From Isurus oxyrinchus (Eukaryota): 64,000 bases of DNA. The notes under the pieces are model-generated. The model saw only the letters and a program-made list of their open reading frames with translations. It did no database searches and was not told the origin of the DNA. Shown piece after piece: positions 1 to 13,130 of this stretch; within the stretch, counting starts at the first letter, position 1; each line of letters opens with the position of its first letter. A program made the position numbers and the translations under genes. Location of the stretch: the NCBI GenBank assembly GCA_026770705.1, contig JANJGN010000042.1, positions 4,092,001 through 4,156,000 of the forward strand. Direction: 5' to 3'.

Positions 1-1040
1 ATCACTTCTGGGGTTATTTAATAATCTGGACAAAGGGCATATAAAGCGAAGGCTAATGAATCAGTTTCCACCTCGACATTGAAAGACCTTTCGAGGTATA
101 ACAAATAATTACTTCCTTACTCACGATCTTCCGCTGGCAACAGTGAGAAATATTGAGACCTGTGCCGCATTTTGCAGATGGGGAGGAGGAGAACTGCCAT
201 AATCCAAGCACATGTGCAGTACTCACCCGTGATTGGGATAATGATTTGTTGCTATGAGTAGCCAATAACTTCTCTGGCGTGACCTCTTGTGGCTATCAGG
301 ATGGCAAGAAATGTGTTTGTGCATGGTCAGTGGGGAGCGGCAGTGCTGTAAAATGTGGCGAGCCATTCAAAAGCTCATTGGCTTTGGCAGAACCAAAAAA
401 TCTCGCCACCGAGATGGCCCATAAAATTCTGATTTTGCCATTAAATGTAATGAGTTCTTTTTAATGATTTTGTTGTTTATGATTGATGCCCCTTGAAAAT
501 GAAACACTGTTGTTAGATTCGATTTATGCTGTTTGATAACACTGGAGATGTCATCATAATTGTCCGATTGAAAGTGAAGAAGGCGATTTACTGTTGCCCA
601 TGTTTTCCTGCCCCTTATTCCTATGTTCAATGACAAGGGAGAGCGATTGTGAAGCGGTGACTAGTGAGTTGAGAATAATGCATGGGGGCGCCTTTTACCT
701 CCAAGGTGTAAACTACACAAAGCAATAACATTGAGGTTCCTACCTTAAATTGTTAAATTTTGGTATCCAATATCAGATCTAAGTCGGACTCTCTGTCTCC
801 CACATTGATTTCCAAGGCCCTGGGGGCTGGTAGGGATGTACCAGGCCCCTGCCAGCACGAGGAAGACAAATTAAAACTAATGGGGAGCAGACAACGTTCT
901 TTATACATTGTTAAATTCACACAGAGGAAAAGGGATTAAAGAAAATGACGCTGCTTCTTGGAGACAAAACTTGGTGTGAGATAAACTAAAGCAGTAATGG
1001 ATGGAACACAAATTATGACTCGTGTTGGATTTTATTGATA

Positions 1041-1951
1041 TCATCTTTTAAATAATTTAACAAGCAGATTCAGTGGGAATTTCACACCATTCTTTAACTC
1101 TTCTCTGAATTTACTCTGGGTTCCTGCATAAATAAATGGATTGACACAGGAACTCAGGAGCTGAAGCATACGTGCGCTTTCCTCCATAAGAAAATTTGAT
1201 TCATTGAAATTGGAAGAGTCCACATAGCTAAGATTCGCAATTCGGACATAGAGGAAGTTTATAAGTCTTAACAAATATAACAGGATGAAACTGCCCGAGA
1301 TACAGAAGAGCAAAACCATGGACTTCCTTCTTTTCTGTATCTCTGGGTCACTTTGATTCTCTCCATTGCTCTGGATCCGGAGTCTCTTGCGGGCTCGACT
1401 GGCTGCTACAATGTGTCTGATAGTCAGAGTATTGAGCATTAATATAAGGACGAAGGAGAGGCAAAGGGTTAAAACGGCGATTATGCTTTCATAAGCGACC
1501 CATGCAGGTGACGTATAAAATATTGATTTTGAGTTGCATTGCCAGGGTATATTGTCAATTATAAAGGCAGGCTCACACATAAAATACAAGGGGATGCTTT
1601 TAACACAGTTCAGTACACAGACAGTTCCTATCACCGCAGCCGCCATTTTCTCAGTGCAATATTTAATTTTCAGCTTCTGGCAGCAAATGGCTACAAATCG
1701 GTCAATGGTGAAAGCCACTGTTACCCAGACAGAAGAATCGATGACACCATAATTTAGCACAAGTCTGAGGCTGAAGACCGGTGTGATGGCCAGGAGACTG
1801 AACGGGAAATAAATATCTATAATCCGGTTTAATATCACAACTGTGATCCCGACAAGGAGATCCGTTATGGTCATGGACATCAAGTGGTAAGTGATACATT
1901 TGGAGAGACCGCATCTTCCTCGAATCAGTATCACAATCACTGCCAGATTAG
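1041..1951 (-). CDS. GPR139/142-like class A orphan GPCR (gene A), exon 2; full CDS join(3284..3215,1951..1041), 326 aa
   Basis: Acceptor ...ctgtcacag|CT AAT CTG GCA GTG (phase 1, ANLAVIVILIRGRCGLS). Open frame with hydrophobic helices, TDLL (TM2), FTIDRFVAIC (DRY-like), ECL2 Cys, SSCVNPFIY (NPxxY), stop TGA at 1043-1041. Family name is from recognition, not a search. Confidence 0.9.
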
Positions 1952-2429
1952 CTGTGACAGCGAAACGCAGCCAGCGAATAGCAGATGTTGAGAAAGAAAT
2001 TTAGAACATAAACTGTTGGAGATTCTCAGTCAGGCAGCAGTTGAAAAGAGAGGAACAAGTTAGCATGTCAGAGAGATGATCTGGAGGAAAATATCCTAAA
2101 ACATAGCAATCTGTTCTGTACTGTCAGCAACACTGAGGGCTAACCCAAGGAGAACCTTGAACGATCTGGATTGTGACTCTGAAATACAATCGATGTTGTT
2201 CTCATTCAATGTTTAGAGACGAGAAAATATAAGAATACTCTGGAACATTGGAAATTCTAAGGTTAACAAATACTTTATAGAGCTTGAAAAAAGTTCAGCA
2301 AAAAAAAAGCTACTACTTAACTGAAAAGAAGATGAAGGAGATCTGATGCATCTGAGCTGTAACAATTCGAATTTAAAGGAACAAGGCTTCACAGCCACGA
2401 CTAAAGCTGATCATGCTTACTATGGTTCA

Positions 2430-2600
2430 GGTGTGGCTTAGTTTGCAGCAATCTCACTTTTGAGTCAAAAGGTTTAGCGTTCAAGCCCAACTGTTGGACT
2501 TCAGCAAGGTTGCACTGTCCGATGTGCTATACTTCAGCTAAAACAAAAGACTGAGGACCGGTCCAATAACTCGTGAATACAAAATCCAACTTAAGAAATA
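2430..2600 (+). mobile_element. tRNA-derived SINE fragment
   Basis: GTGGCTTAGTT...GTTCAAGCCC A/B-box-like head; similar to 52140-52360. Confidence 0.45.
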
Positions 2601-3214
2601 GCTGTTATTCAGATTCCAGTGCAAGGAGCAATATATGCACACAGCAAAGTGAGGTAATTCAATAGTTGTGTCAACAACACAATAGAGCTACATTTACAGC
2701 GTGATAAATCATCCATGGTGACAGTGCCAACAATACAATAGATCTACATTGCAGTGTGATACTAGTGTGCTAAATACTTCGCCCACATTAATAATGACAA
2801 TAACAACATCGAATTACATTTAGACTGAGAGGCGGCACTGCTAAGTGGGAGAAACTTTTTAGTGAAGACATGAAACGGCATTGGTGAAGCAATCATAGTA
2901 ATTGCTGAAATGGATTTAAGTGTACTGGCAATGGGAAGAAACTGTTCTCGTGAAGGGGAGAAATGATACCCTTAAAGTGGAGAAAATGGACCAGTAATGA
3001 GCAGTAATATTGCGAGGAAAGGGAAGGTTTAATATCATTTAAAAGAAGAATTCACTAAACGTGGAGATAAGGATACTGTGAAAAAGGGAATACATTATAA
3101 AAAACAAATTATCATGTTAATGAGGTGAACCATAGAGAAGCAGTACAGCTAAATTAAATAAGTGATAGAGTGAAAAATGATTCTGGTAACTGGTAACTAA
3201 CCCTAATACTTTAC

Positions 3215-3284
3215 CTGGAATACCGATAGCTGCAAGAACGGGATAGTAAATGGCGAACACCAGACCTTGTGGTATCCCATGCAT
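3215..3284 (-). CDS. GPCR gene A, exon 1 (MHGIPQGLVFAIYYPVLAAIGIP)
   Basis: ATG at 3284, 70-nt exon ending CCA G|gtaaag. Phase matches exon 2. Near-identical in length and sequence to exon 1 at 18701-18770. Confidence 0.88.
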
Positions 3285-3335
3285 TTCTCTCATAAGCTCC
3301 GAGGGTGCTCTGTGCTACACCGAAAGACTGTTACA

Positions 3336-3490
3336 TTTATACATGATGTCGGACTCTAGGGAGACAAAGGGAAGGCCTTTTACATTAATTACACCAACTG
3401 AAAAAAAACATTTTAGTGCAGCTGGTGCCGCACTCGCGTTTATATTTTTGATGGAATGGAATCTGTTTTCAAGGACACTGGCACGGCTCC
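3336..3490 (-). promoter_or_regulatory. Proximal promoter of GPCR gene A
   Basis: TATAAA (3341-3336), O/E-like TCCCTAGAG (3362-3354), homeodomain TAATTA (3391-3386), CAGCTG E-box. Aligns by eye with 18490-18700. Confidence 0.55.
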
Positions 3491-3719
3491 AAATTGAAAT
3501 ACTCAGACTGGAGAGTACGGTCCAAGTTGCATTTTTGCCTAAAATTTAAATAACAAGCCAAATAGGCGATTGTAATTGTGAAAGTGAGCACTGTGCACGA
3601 GCATCCATGGCTTTAAACCCCGCAGGAAAACATTACAAAGTTCTCACTCTTAATCATTTTTCAGCCCGTGTGAACACGGATCACGTTAACGTGGCTCCCT
3701 TTCCCTTCTGGAATGAGGA

Positions 3720-5335
3720 ACCAATCAGTAGCCATCCATCATCAGCCTCCCTGCCTGCTTGGACGTCAACTCACGACGAAAAGTGTCTCAATTAACTGTA
3801 AATGAAACGCTAATGCTATGGGTATTAGCTTGTGTCCTATTTCTGTTTGGCTTTTAGATGGATTTGTAGCAGAATCATTGTTCCAGTCCCACTCAGGCAC
3901 CTCCATCACACTTCTTCCTGGTATATTCATGACCAGATCAGTGTTGATTTCATTCAACCCCTGAACTGGAAAATGAGGTTACGTTTGCTTTGGAATGTAA
4001 CCCTCCCCATGCCCTTATTTGCTCCATGTTTGAAATTTATATTTCCTTCGGCCACTTTGATGTGGACACATCGGGGAATTGGCTATGGCCCAATATTCAA
4101 CAGAAGCTCACCAACAACCAACTGTCTTGAATACACATCCATGCACCTCGCTTACTGGAAAGGCTCTTTAACGTTCTCTCAGAATCTCAGTTTCTGCTGA
4201 ATATGTTCGATTATCCCTTCTAGCTTTCTCCAATAGAGCTTCCAATTACGTCAACCGAGTTGTTCCAGCACACCGTGGTTGACAGAACCCAGCGCCGTGC
4301 GTGTAACAAGTCTCAGACTTCTGCTTTCACACCTTCTCCCCCTCCAAGATCCACAATAGGCTTCTCCTTGCCCTTGCCTACCATTCCACACATCTCTAGT
4401 ATCATTTGGTCCACCTCTGCATTTTCAAACTCCTCCGGCACGTTGTCACCACCCAATATGTCCAACTCGCCTCTACTCTTTAACATTGAGAATGGGTCAT
4501 TTGCTCCACTCTGCACTTGTCTCCTCCTCAATCAATTCAACCCTTCCTTTTCCGAAGAGCTTTCCTATGCACACAATGGTCATGCAACACCAGCTCCTGT
4601 CTCTTTGCCATTCTCTTTTCCTACATCCCAAACATGGCTTCAAATTGGAAAATCGATTTGTTTGAACTTATGTCCATTGAGTATACCCTGTTCGCTGTTC
4701 AATATGCAGCTTGCTCCACATTCTGGAGGTTAAATGTAGATCGGTGATCATTTCTCAGATACATCCATTCAGTCCACAAGTGTGATCTTCTGGTCGCTTG
4801 TCACCCTAATTATCTGTTCCGCTCTCACTTTGACATGACTGTGATTGAACCCTCCCACTGCTTCAAGGAAATGGAACCTGTCCTCCAGGTTTAAAATCTC
4901 ATATTTCCTTAATGCACTTTCTAGGCTTTTGGATTTTCCATAAATTTCCACATTCGTGATCACACCAACTGCATTTTTCTTTCTTCTTTGCTCTTTGTTG
5001 TTGCGTTGGGAAACATTTGTTGATTTCGATTCTGTTATATACAGTTTGCCGTCTTTTCAACATTCCTCTTCTGCTTTTCCTTGTTACACGTTGACTTCCG
5101 CCATCACTGCTTTTGTCATTTGATTTCTCCTGTTTTCCTCTTTACCAGAAGCATCTCCTTTTGATCCCTTTCCCCCACATCCGTTTTTTGCCTCTATACT
5201 TGCATGAAAACTGTTCCGTCTGTTACTTTTGCCAACTCTGATAAATGGTCCCGGCCCTGAAACGGTTTCTGTTTCTCTCTCTTCGTACATGCTGCCGGAT
5301 ATCTTGAGTATTTCCATCGTTTCCTGTTTAATTCC
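3720..5335 (+). mobile_element. Decayed Penelope-like retroelement
   Basis: Frameshifted remnants resembling the PLE RT C-terminus and GIY-YIG region, pyrimidine-rich tract, and a 3' tail (cccggccctgaaacgg...atgctgccggatatcttgagtatttcc) related to the hammerhead-bearing repeats elsewhere in the window. Confidence 0.55.
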
Positions 5336-5359
5336 ATTCAGGGTGTTTACATTCAATGT

Positions 5360-6060
5360 AGAAATGTGCAGCTCAGCACGGTTATATTCACAGTGCGCAC
5401 ACCTAGTTTGGCACAGTTACTTCCATTGTGGACTAGTTCAAATCAGTTAGTGTAGCCATGTCAATCCCAGCAATAACGAATGTGCACTGGTGTGTGAATT
5501 TACTTTTTGTGTGGCAAGATCCAGTTCATGACGTGTGTGCTTGGTGCTTTCAGGCTAAGCTCAGTGCTCTCACATGCAGAGAACACAACCTCCTGTTGAG
5601 CACAATGTGCATCATTAAATTAATGGTGGAGCGCTCCAGGTCGACATGGTTATATACCATGTAACGAGTCCCGTTCAGCCCGCTTGCAATCACTGTTTAG
5701 TGGAAAACCAGTTTAGGGATAAATCATACCGTTGTGACTGTCCAGTTCAGTAAATTGCATTGACTGCATTCAGGTTAAATTGTGCACAGCTGCACTCAGT
5801 ACGAACAGGCCAATTTCTATCCTTTTACACTGAATGTACATAAACGAATTTTTGCCCGGTTATTGTCAACTTTGTCCGGTGGAACACAACAACATACCAT
5901 GTGCACAGCCCCGGCTGTGAACACTTTCTATCGATGGAGACAGGACCGGCTGAGCATGGTTTTGTTTCGTGCAGACTTATCAAAGTCTGCTCGGTGCTAA
6001 TAAGTGTTTACAAGGACATTTGCATTCAGACTGGACTGGTTTAGTTCTGCATTCTTACTT
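5360..6060 (+). repeat. Degenerate ~33-35 bp minisatellite (approx. consensus TGTGTGCAGGTCCAGTTCAGCACGGTTACATTCAG)
   Basis: Recurring GTGCA.., CCAGTTCAG and GCA(C/T)GGTTATA submotifs. Reverse-complement copies at 14640-15060 and 17690-18240. Confidence 0.5.
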
Positions 6061-6589
6061 TTAATGTGAGCTTCTGAAGTTCATTGTCGTGGGCAGTCCA
6101 AGTTGATCACTGTTACTGCCAGCATGAACCTTTTAACTTCCCAGTAGCTATGCTTCTTGTGCAGTTGGCTTGATCAATGAGCTTACATTCAATTTGGGCA
6201 ATTACAGTTCTGCAGAATGATTTTCAGTGAAGACTGATCTCGGCCGGAGAGATTTTATTTATTGTGATTTTCCATGGCAAAATCCAGGTCTATTGTTAAT
6301 GATAAAGGAAGGCTCATAGGGAAAGTACCAGGGGATGAGGAGGTTCCAGAGACTTTGGAATTGTCTGCTACAGAAAACAAGAGGCGGCAGGGGCACTAAA
6401 TATATTCAAGGCATCGTTAGACAAATTATTGATCGACAGGGGATCCAATGGTTACTCAGTCTGACAGGAAAACGGAGTTAAGACCAGGATCACATCAGTC
6501 ATGAACTTACTGTATGGTGGAGCAGGATTGTTGGGCCGAAACGCTTGCACTGACTCTCATCTCTTGTGATCGCAAAGACTTCAAATAAC

Positions 6590-7508
6590 TATCCCGCCAT
6601 TGTCACAGTTTGTGCCATTTGGCAATAGATTGAAAGAGTATTTAAACGCCCTTTTCAGCTCCGCTTTGTATTTCGTCTGGGTCCCTGCATATATAAATGT
6701 ATTGCTACAGGGTCTAAGGAGTTAAAAAACTATCAGCTTTGCTGCAGAATATATTTTGTGTCAATGGAAATGGAACTGATAGATCAGCTATTTCCCATAC
6801 TTTGTGCAAACAGGAAACGTACAATATGCGTTAAGACCAGCTGGAGGAAACTGCCTGAGATGGAGAAGAGTACAACAATAGACTTGCTGTGGCTCTTCAT
6901 CTCGGAGACACTCTGATTCTCTCCATTCCTTTGGGATCAGAGTCTGCTGCAGGATCTACTTGCCAGTAGAATATTTCAGAAAGTCTCAATATCGAGCAGC
7001 AAAATCAGGAGAAAGGAGAGACATGGAGTTAGAATACAGTCCAGCCAGTCAAATATTCTCCATGGAAATGAAATATAAAATGCATCATCTATGAGAGAGC
7101 ACCGAGTTACATTGTTAACGATATAAATAGGTTCATTTATGAAATAAAAAGGGTGTTTATCAAAGTGGACAGCACACAGATCATTCCTAAATTTCCAGTT
7201 GCTGTTTTCTAACTGCAGTATTCCATTTCCAGCTCCTGGTGACAAATGGCCAGGAAGCAGTAAAAGGTGAATTTGAAGGTTGACCAGAGAGTACAACATT
7301 TGGAACCAAAGTTTAAAGCAACAAAGACGACATAGAGGAATGCTGGACAGAAAACTGACTGGAAAATAAACAGCTGGAAATGAGCTTAATGTCACGATAA
7401 TGCTAATGACAAGGAGATCTGTCACCACCATGGATACCAGATACTGCGTGATACATCAGGAGAAACCACATATTCCTCTGGAAAAGATCACAATAATTAG
7501 AAAGTTAG
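6590..7508 (-). pseudogene. GPR139-like GPCR pseudogene (exon 2 remnant)
   Basis: Acceptor cttacag|CT AAC; reads ANFLIIVIFSRGICGFS*CITQYLVSMVVTDLL with an in-frame TGA and later frameshifts. C-terminus CSNTFIYAGTQTKYKAELKRAFKY is homologous to gene A. No exon 1 found. Confidence 0.88.
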
Positions 7509-7517
7509 CTGTAAGGC

Positions 7518-7518
<1 letters not shown>

Positions 7519-7551
<33 letters not shown>

Positions 7552-7552
7552 A
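7519..7552 (+). repeat. (GA)n microsatellite forming the polypyrimidine tract of the pseudogene acceptor
   Basis: Direct reading; paralogous tract at 9418-9440. Confidence 0.85.
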
Positions 7553-9258
7553 GAACAGAATTAGTGCCGAAACTCTCAGCTACACCTGCAGTTTGGTGGG
7601 AGAGGGTATGGAATTTGCATCATGAATACTTGATTCAACGCTGGAACTGATTAATTTAGCAAAGTAGTACGGCTGGTTTTTTTTTTATTAATATTGTCCC
7701 AAATAAATTGGAAGTTGGAACATGAAATAACGCAAAACACTTATTTTCTGATTCTTGTAAAGTTTATGCAATCTAGAAGTAGAAGGAATTGAACAAGACT
7801 AACGTATTAAATTGAGAAAAGGGCAGCCTGAAGATGGCATTACGTACAGATAATTAATCAATATATTTAGTCGTTTAAAATGCGGTAAATAATAACGTTA
7901 TGAAATGTTATGGAACCGCTATAATACTTAAAGCAATAGAATGACAGGAAATAAGATATGGATAATAACTCATTCCAAATAAATAAATGAGGGAACCACG
8001 GGACGATGGAAAATAAAGTTGAGCGAACGCCATTGATTCAATTCGGGTTTTGTTCCTGTGGAAACAGGGCAAGGAGCATGAGCGGTTTTTTTGCAGCTCA
8101 ATGATTGCTGTAGTGCGAGATTAGTTCTCGCATTATTAGTGAAGATTTTCAATTGAAGAAGCAGAAAGACCTCCACTGATTAAAAGTGCGACAGAGCAAA
8201 TAGTGCTGTCCTTCCTCAGGAGTATGCAGCTAGGTTAGGAACTCGAGATCGGGAGTAGGGCTCAAACCCATTGCTTGAACGCTGATATTTCAAAATTTAG
8301 ATCCCCGAAATAAAGTGGCTATGAGCATAATAAATGCCGGCTCCGATGGGTATCACACAGCCTTGACAACAAAATACATTTTAGGAGAATTGAATGGAGC
8401 AGTTAATAGCAGCAACAGAGTTAAAAAAAAGTCTTCATAACAGTTCATCGATAGCAACTATTTGATAAATTTACGAATAAACATGTGGAGGGTAAACAAA
8501 AATATAGAAAAATACATACCACTAATATTTATGGTTTCCCGCCAATTGGAAAATATGCTGATCCCTAATGGCTAAGCTCAAAGCGCCACAAAAAACACCC
8601 TTCCATAAATTATATTTCTTCTCCCACAGTTTGCTCATTCAGTTATCCAACAACAACTCTTCGCAATGTCCTCTTCTTAACCAAAATATTTACTGTGCCA
8701 CATGGCTTATTTTCGGCAGCAATTTGGATACGAAACTTACTGTTGCCTCATTTTTTAACCTCCTAAATGCGGTGAAAAGCTGAGACCCAAATACAAATCG
8801 TGCGAATCAGCTGTCACCCCCTGTCAGTTGAACTGTATTCACAGTATCCATCAACAAATTAGATGAACATTGCATATACCACAGCCATCGTGACTTAAAT
8901 TTACATCGATATCACTGTAAATTAACATCTAGGCAAGTACAATAAACGACCTGTTTAACTAAGAAATTCAAGAAATAATGACATTAATGAAGTAACAATT
9001 AAACTACATTGTGCAGCATTTGTATCATTGCCAAAAAGTCCGTCAACACACGACACAGAAATCGCAGGAACACATTAAGCAATCTTGAATCTTTTACTGT
9101 TGGAGAGCAGCCAAACATCCGGTAGAAGCTAGAAAGTAAACATCTGACCCTCAAGCCTTCACAGTTAAACAAAGATTGAAAAGACCTAATTCCGGAAAAA
9201 AATACGTAGAATACAATGAATTCAGATTTAGAATGTTTCTGTCTCGTCTTTTGAGTGG

Positions 9259-9409
9259 CTCAGAAAACTGACTGGAAAATAAACAGCCGAACACCGGCTT
9301 AATACCAGTGTAATGATAATAACATGGAGATCTGTCACCGCCATGGATACTGCGTATCTGGAAAGACCACATCTTCCTCGGGAACGGATCACGATAGTCA
9401 GAAAATTAG
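9259..9409 (-). pseudogene. Truncated GPR139-like exon 2 fragment
   Basis: Acceptor cttgcag|CT AAT; ANFLTIVIRSRGRCGLSRYAVSMAVTDLHVIIITLVLSRCSAVYFPVSFLS, then homology ends at the duplication junction. Confidence 0.85.
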
Positions 9410-11019
9410 CTGCAAGCGAGAGAGAGAGAGAGAGAGAGAAGGGAAGAATTAGTGCTGAATCTCCCAGCTACAATGTCCGTTTGGCGGGAGAATGGTATGG
9501 CACATGGGCCATCGATACTTCATTCAACGCTGGAACTGATTAGTTTACCAATGCATTAATTCTGGTCCATTTTTTATTTATATTGTCTCAGATAAAGTGG
9601 AAGTCGGAATACAAAATGACACAAAACTGTTACTTTCCGATTCATGTACATTTTATGTAATCTAGAAGGAGAAGGAATTGATCTTCACTAACGTATTAAA
9701 TTGGCAAAAGGACAACCACCTGAAAATGGCATAAAATACAGATAAAAGCTCAATACATTTATTCATTTATAAATACAGTAAATAATAACGTTATGAAACT
9801 TTAAATCACTATAATAAAGAAACCAATCGAATGACAGGAAATAAGATATGGGTAATAACGAAATCCTAATAAATATCAGAAGGAACCAATGTACGTTGAA
9901 AAAGAAAATCTAAGCGAACACCATTGATTCAACTTGGGTTTTGTCCCTGTGGAAGCAAGACAAAGCGCATCAAAGGCTTTTATTCAGTTCAGTGACTGCT
10001 GTAGTGGGAGATTAGGTCTCGCAGCAGTAGTGAGGGTTTTCAACTGATAAAGCAGAAAGACCTCGGTTTACAGCCTCGTCGGAAGGACCACAGAGTAGAT
10101 AGTGCTGGACTTCCTCAGCGGCATGGAGCTGGGCTACAGACACCAGTTCGGAAGTAGGGAACAAACCCAGGGCTTTCCGAATGAACACTGAGATTTCAAA
10201 ATTTAGTTGAGCTAAATAAAGTGGCTACGAATATAATTATTTCCAGCTCCGAAGGGTATCTCACAGCCTTGAAAACAAAGTGCACTTCTAAAGAGAATTG
10301 AATGCAGTTGTTAACAGCAGCAACAGAGTTAAAAATGGTCTTCATAACAATTCATCGACTGCAATGATTGATGTTAAAGTTACGCAATGCAAATCGAACA
10401 CCAATAAACATGTGGCGGGTGAACAAAAACATGGAAAATACTTACCACTATCATTTATAGTTTCACGCTAATTAGAAAATATGGTGACGTGCAATGGTTA
10501 AGCTTAAAGCGCCAGAGAAAAATATCTTTCCACAAATTGTATTCCTTCTCCCACAGTTTGCTCATTCAGTTATCCAACAACAACCCTTCGCAATGTCCTG
10601 TTCTTCTCTAAACTATTTACTGTACCACATGGCTTATTTTCTGCAGCAATTTGGATACGAAACTTACTGTTGCTTCATTTTGATCCTTCTAAATGCGGTG
10701 AAAAGCTGAGGCCCACATACAAATCCTGCGAATCAGCTGTCACTCCCTGTCAATTCAACTGTATTTGCATGATCCATCAACAAATTAGATGAGCTTTGTA
10801 CACACCGCAACCATCGTGAGTTAAATTTACATCGATATCAATGTAAAATTAACATCTAAGCATGTAAAATAAATGACCCGTTTAATGAAGAAATTGAGGT
10901 GTAAATTACAATATTGAAGTATCAATTAAACTATATTATGCAGCATCCGTATCATTGCCAATAATCCTGTCAACACAAGAAACAGAATGCCTGGGAACTC
11001 ATAAATCAACCTTCATGCG

Positions 11020-11650
11020 TTCCTTAAAACGTTGCACCCAAGCAACTTTACGATTGGTAACTGGGAACATATTTTCTGCTGTCGACCTTATCTCAACCCG
11101 TTTAATCTAGGAAGTTTCTACCAAACATCTCATCAATTCCCTTTCCTCCGATGAGAACAACCCAAGCTCCACTCACAGAATATTGCTGCCAAGGAGCTGC
11201 ATCCCTGTTAACATTCGAGTAAATCTCCTCTACACTGCATAAAGGACACAAACATTTTACCTGGTGCATGGTGACCAGAAACGGACGCAGCAATTTAATT
11301 ATGGTCTAACCAGAGTGTAAATTGTTTCAACACAGCTTCCTCGTATTTATGCTCACTTTCTCGATTTATGAACTCGAAAATTCCAAAGCCTGTTGTAACG
11401 ATACTTTCAACATGTCATGGCACCTTTGAATATCAATTCACATGGACCCTCAGGTCCCTCTGTCCTTGCGCACTGTTTAGAACCTTATCATTAAATGGAT
11501 GTTGTTCCTCACTGGCCATTTTACTAAATCTAGCATTTCCTGGGTTAAGTCCCATCTGCCACTTTTATTCAGATGCTGTAGACTTTTGAAATCGGAAGTC
11601 CTCTTCCTAACTGTTTCCAACATTCTGATATGTCAGAGTTCTCGTAGTAT
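11020..11650 (-). mobile_element. Decayed CR1 LINE 3' fragment
   Basis: Minus-strand remnants resembling the CR1 RT C-terminus (VRP.L...FWSP motif region near 11270-11310). Confidence 0.5.
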
Positions 11651-11989
11651 TGTCTATGAAAAAGGTTAAATGTTGCGTTTCCAGTTTTATCTGAAACTAT
11701 CATTGCCTTCTTCATGTTGTTTCTCGCTTTTATTTCAATAATTGGGCGAGCACAGGCTTGGCTAATTTAGTTTAAATTATTCGCAACTACACTAGCTGTG
11801 CAACATTACTGGTCGCAGCTCTGTTGTTTTGCACAAAGTCCCTATTGAATAAGTGCCTCCAGCTGATTACCCCCGCCCCCCACCCCACAAGACCACCCGC
11901 TCCCCTTCCCATACTTCCCTGAAGAATCAGTGCTGCTCCATGTTGAATGCCATTTGCAAGACAGACTAAGAGTTGCAAGGTCGCAGAAT

Positions 11990-13130
11990 GAACTCAGGGG
12001 GCTTCAGTGTCCATCACCAAGTGTGTTTCCGAAGCACCAATAAAAATTGACCTGGCTGCATGCCTATGGAAATACCTACCAGACATTTCCTGTAGTAGGT
12101 GGTGAGAGAGCCAAAGAGAGGGAAGAACACACCTTACCTGATCATAAGTAAACTACCTGTAGCAGATGTAGATGCACCTGTCCACCATAGTATTGAGAGA
12201 AGCCTCCAGTACGCATTCTGTGTAAACATGAAAACTGTCACACTTTCGTGCTGTGTGGCGCTACCATTGTGCTAAATCAAATCAAGAAAATCAAAGCCGG
12301 ATTTCCATTAGGTGCAGTGAGCCATCAGCAGCTATAGCATTGAATCAAATGTTAGTTTGTAAACTCATGGCCCGTTATATCCCTCACTTGGACATTACGA
12401 ACAGATGAAGGGATCAATTCTGATAAAGTGAAGGGTGTCGGACAGCATGCCAAGGCCTGCACCCACCGGACCTAAAAAGGAGGTTTCAACCTGGTGAAGT
12501 AAAAAAACAGAAACCTGTGCAATCCAAGCAACTGAAAAAGCATGTGATTGACAGCAGTAAGATATCCCACAAAAAATTGGTCAAACCAAAGATCTGCAAT
12601 CCTTCCACATCCAATCATGAATAGCGGTGGACAATAGAAGAATAAAGAGAAAGAGGGTATTCCACGAACATCCCTAACCCTAAAGATGGGGCAGTCCAGC
12701 ATATCGGTGCAAAAAGAGATGGCTGAAGGGTTTTAATCCACATTCAGCCAGAACTTCCGAGTGGAAGATCCATCTCAGACTCCTCCTGAGGTCTTTATCG
12801 TCCCAGGATTCTGTCCTCACCCAATTCGATTGTTTCCATTTAATATAAAAGACGATTGAGTACAAAATATGCCACAAAGGCAACGGGCCCGATAAAAGAG
12901 CCGGCTGTAGAATTGAAGATTAGTGCTTCAGAATGAGCCGACTCTATTTCCGACTTCTGCACATCTGAGAAAGCTGGCAATGACTCAAACAATTGGAAGC
13001 TGCCAAAATATGGCCTGTCCAGAAAAGGAAGGAAAAATCCATTCCGGTCAAATATCGCCACATTAGTCTACATTGCATTACAAGCAAAATGATGGAAAGT
13101 CTCGCCATTTTTGTTAATGGTTGGTCGAAA
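11990..13130 (+). mobile_element. Decayed non-LTR retrotransposon (CR1/L2 superclade) ORF2 fragment
   Basis: Remnants KATGPD..PAV, WK.AK..PVQK, KYRHISL..ITSKMME, typical of the region just before and at the start of the RT domain. Confidence 0.6.

Larger units (their letters stand above)
7350..11015. repeat. ~1.9 kb tandem duplication (7350-9090 vs 9262-11015)
   Basis: Colinear matches throughout, e.g. 7561 vs 9449, ORFs 8568 MAKLKAPQK vs 10494 MVKLKAPEK, and 8761 vs 10687 ctaaatgcggtgaaaagctgag. Confidence 0.9.

Noticed and set aside
115-290. Two minus-strand GTGAGT donor-like sites, one preceded by ATC ACG G as in the V2 leader
   Set aside because: No convincing ATG-initiated hydrophobic leader, and any V exon would fall outside the window; cannot be supported.
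5389-5395. Perfect heptamer CACAGTG (also CACTGTG at 3589)
   Set aside because: No nonamer at either spacing and no adjacent coding segment.
8680-8750. IYCATWLIFGSNLDTKLTV looks like a rearranged V-J junction
   Set aside because: No FGxG (extra residues), no V framework upstream, and the duplicate near 10620 reads IFCSN. It lies in duplicated intron-like DNA, so probably chance.
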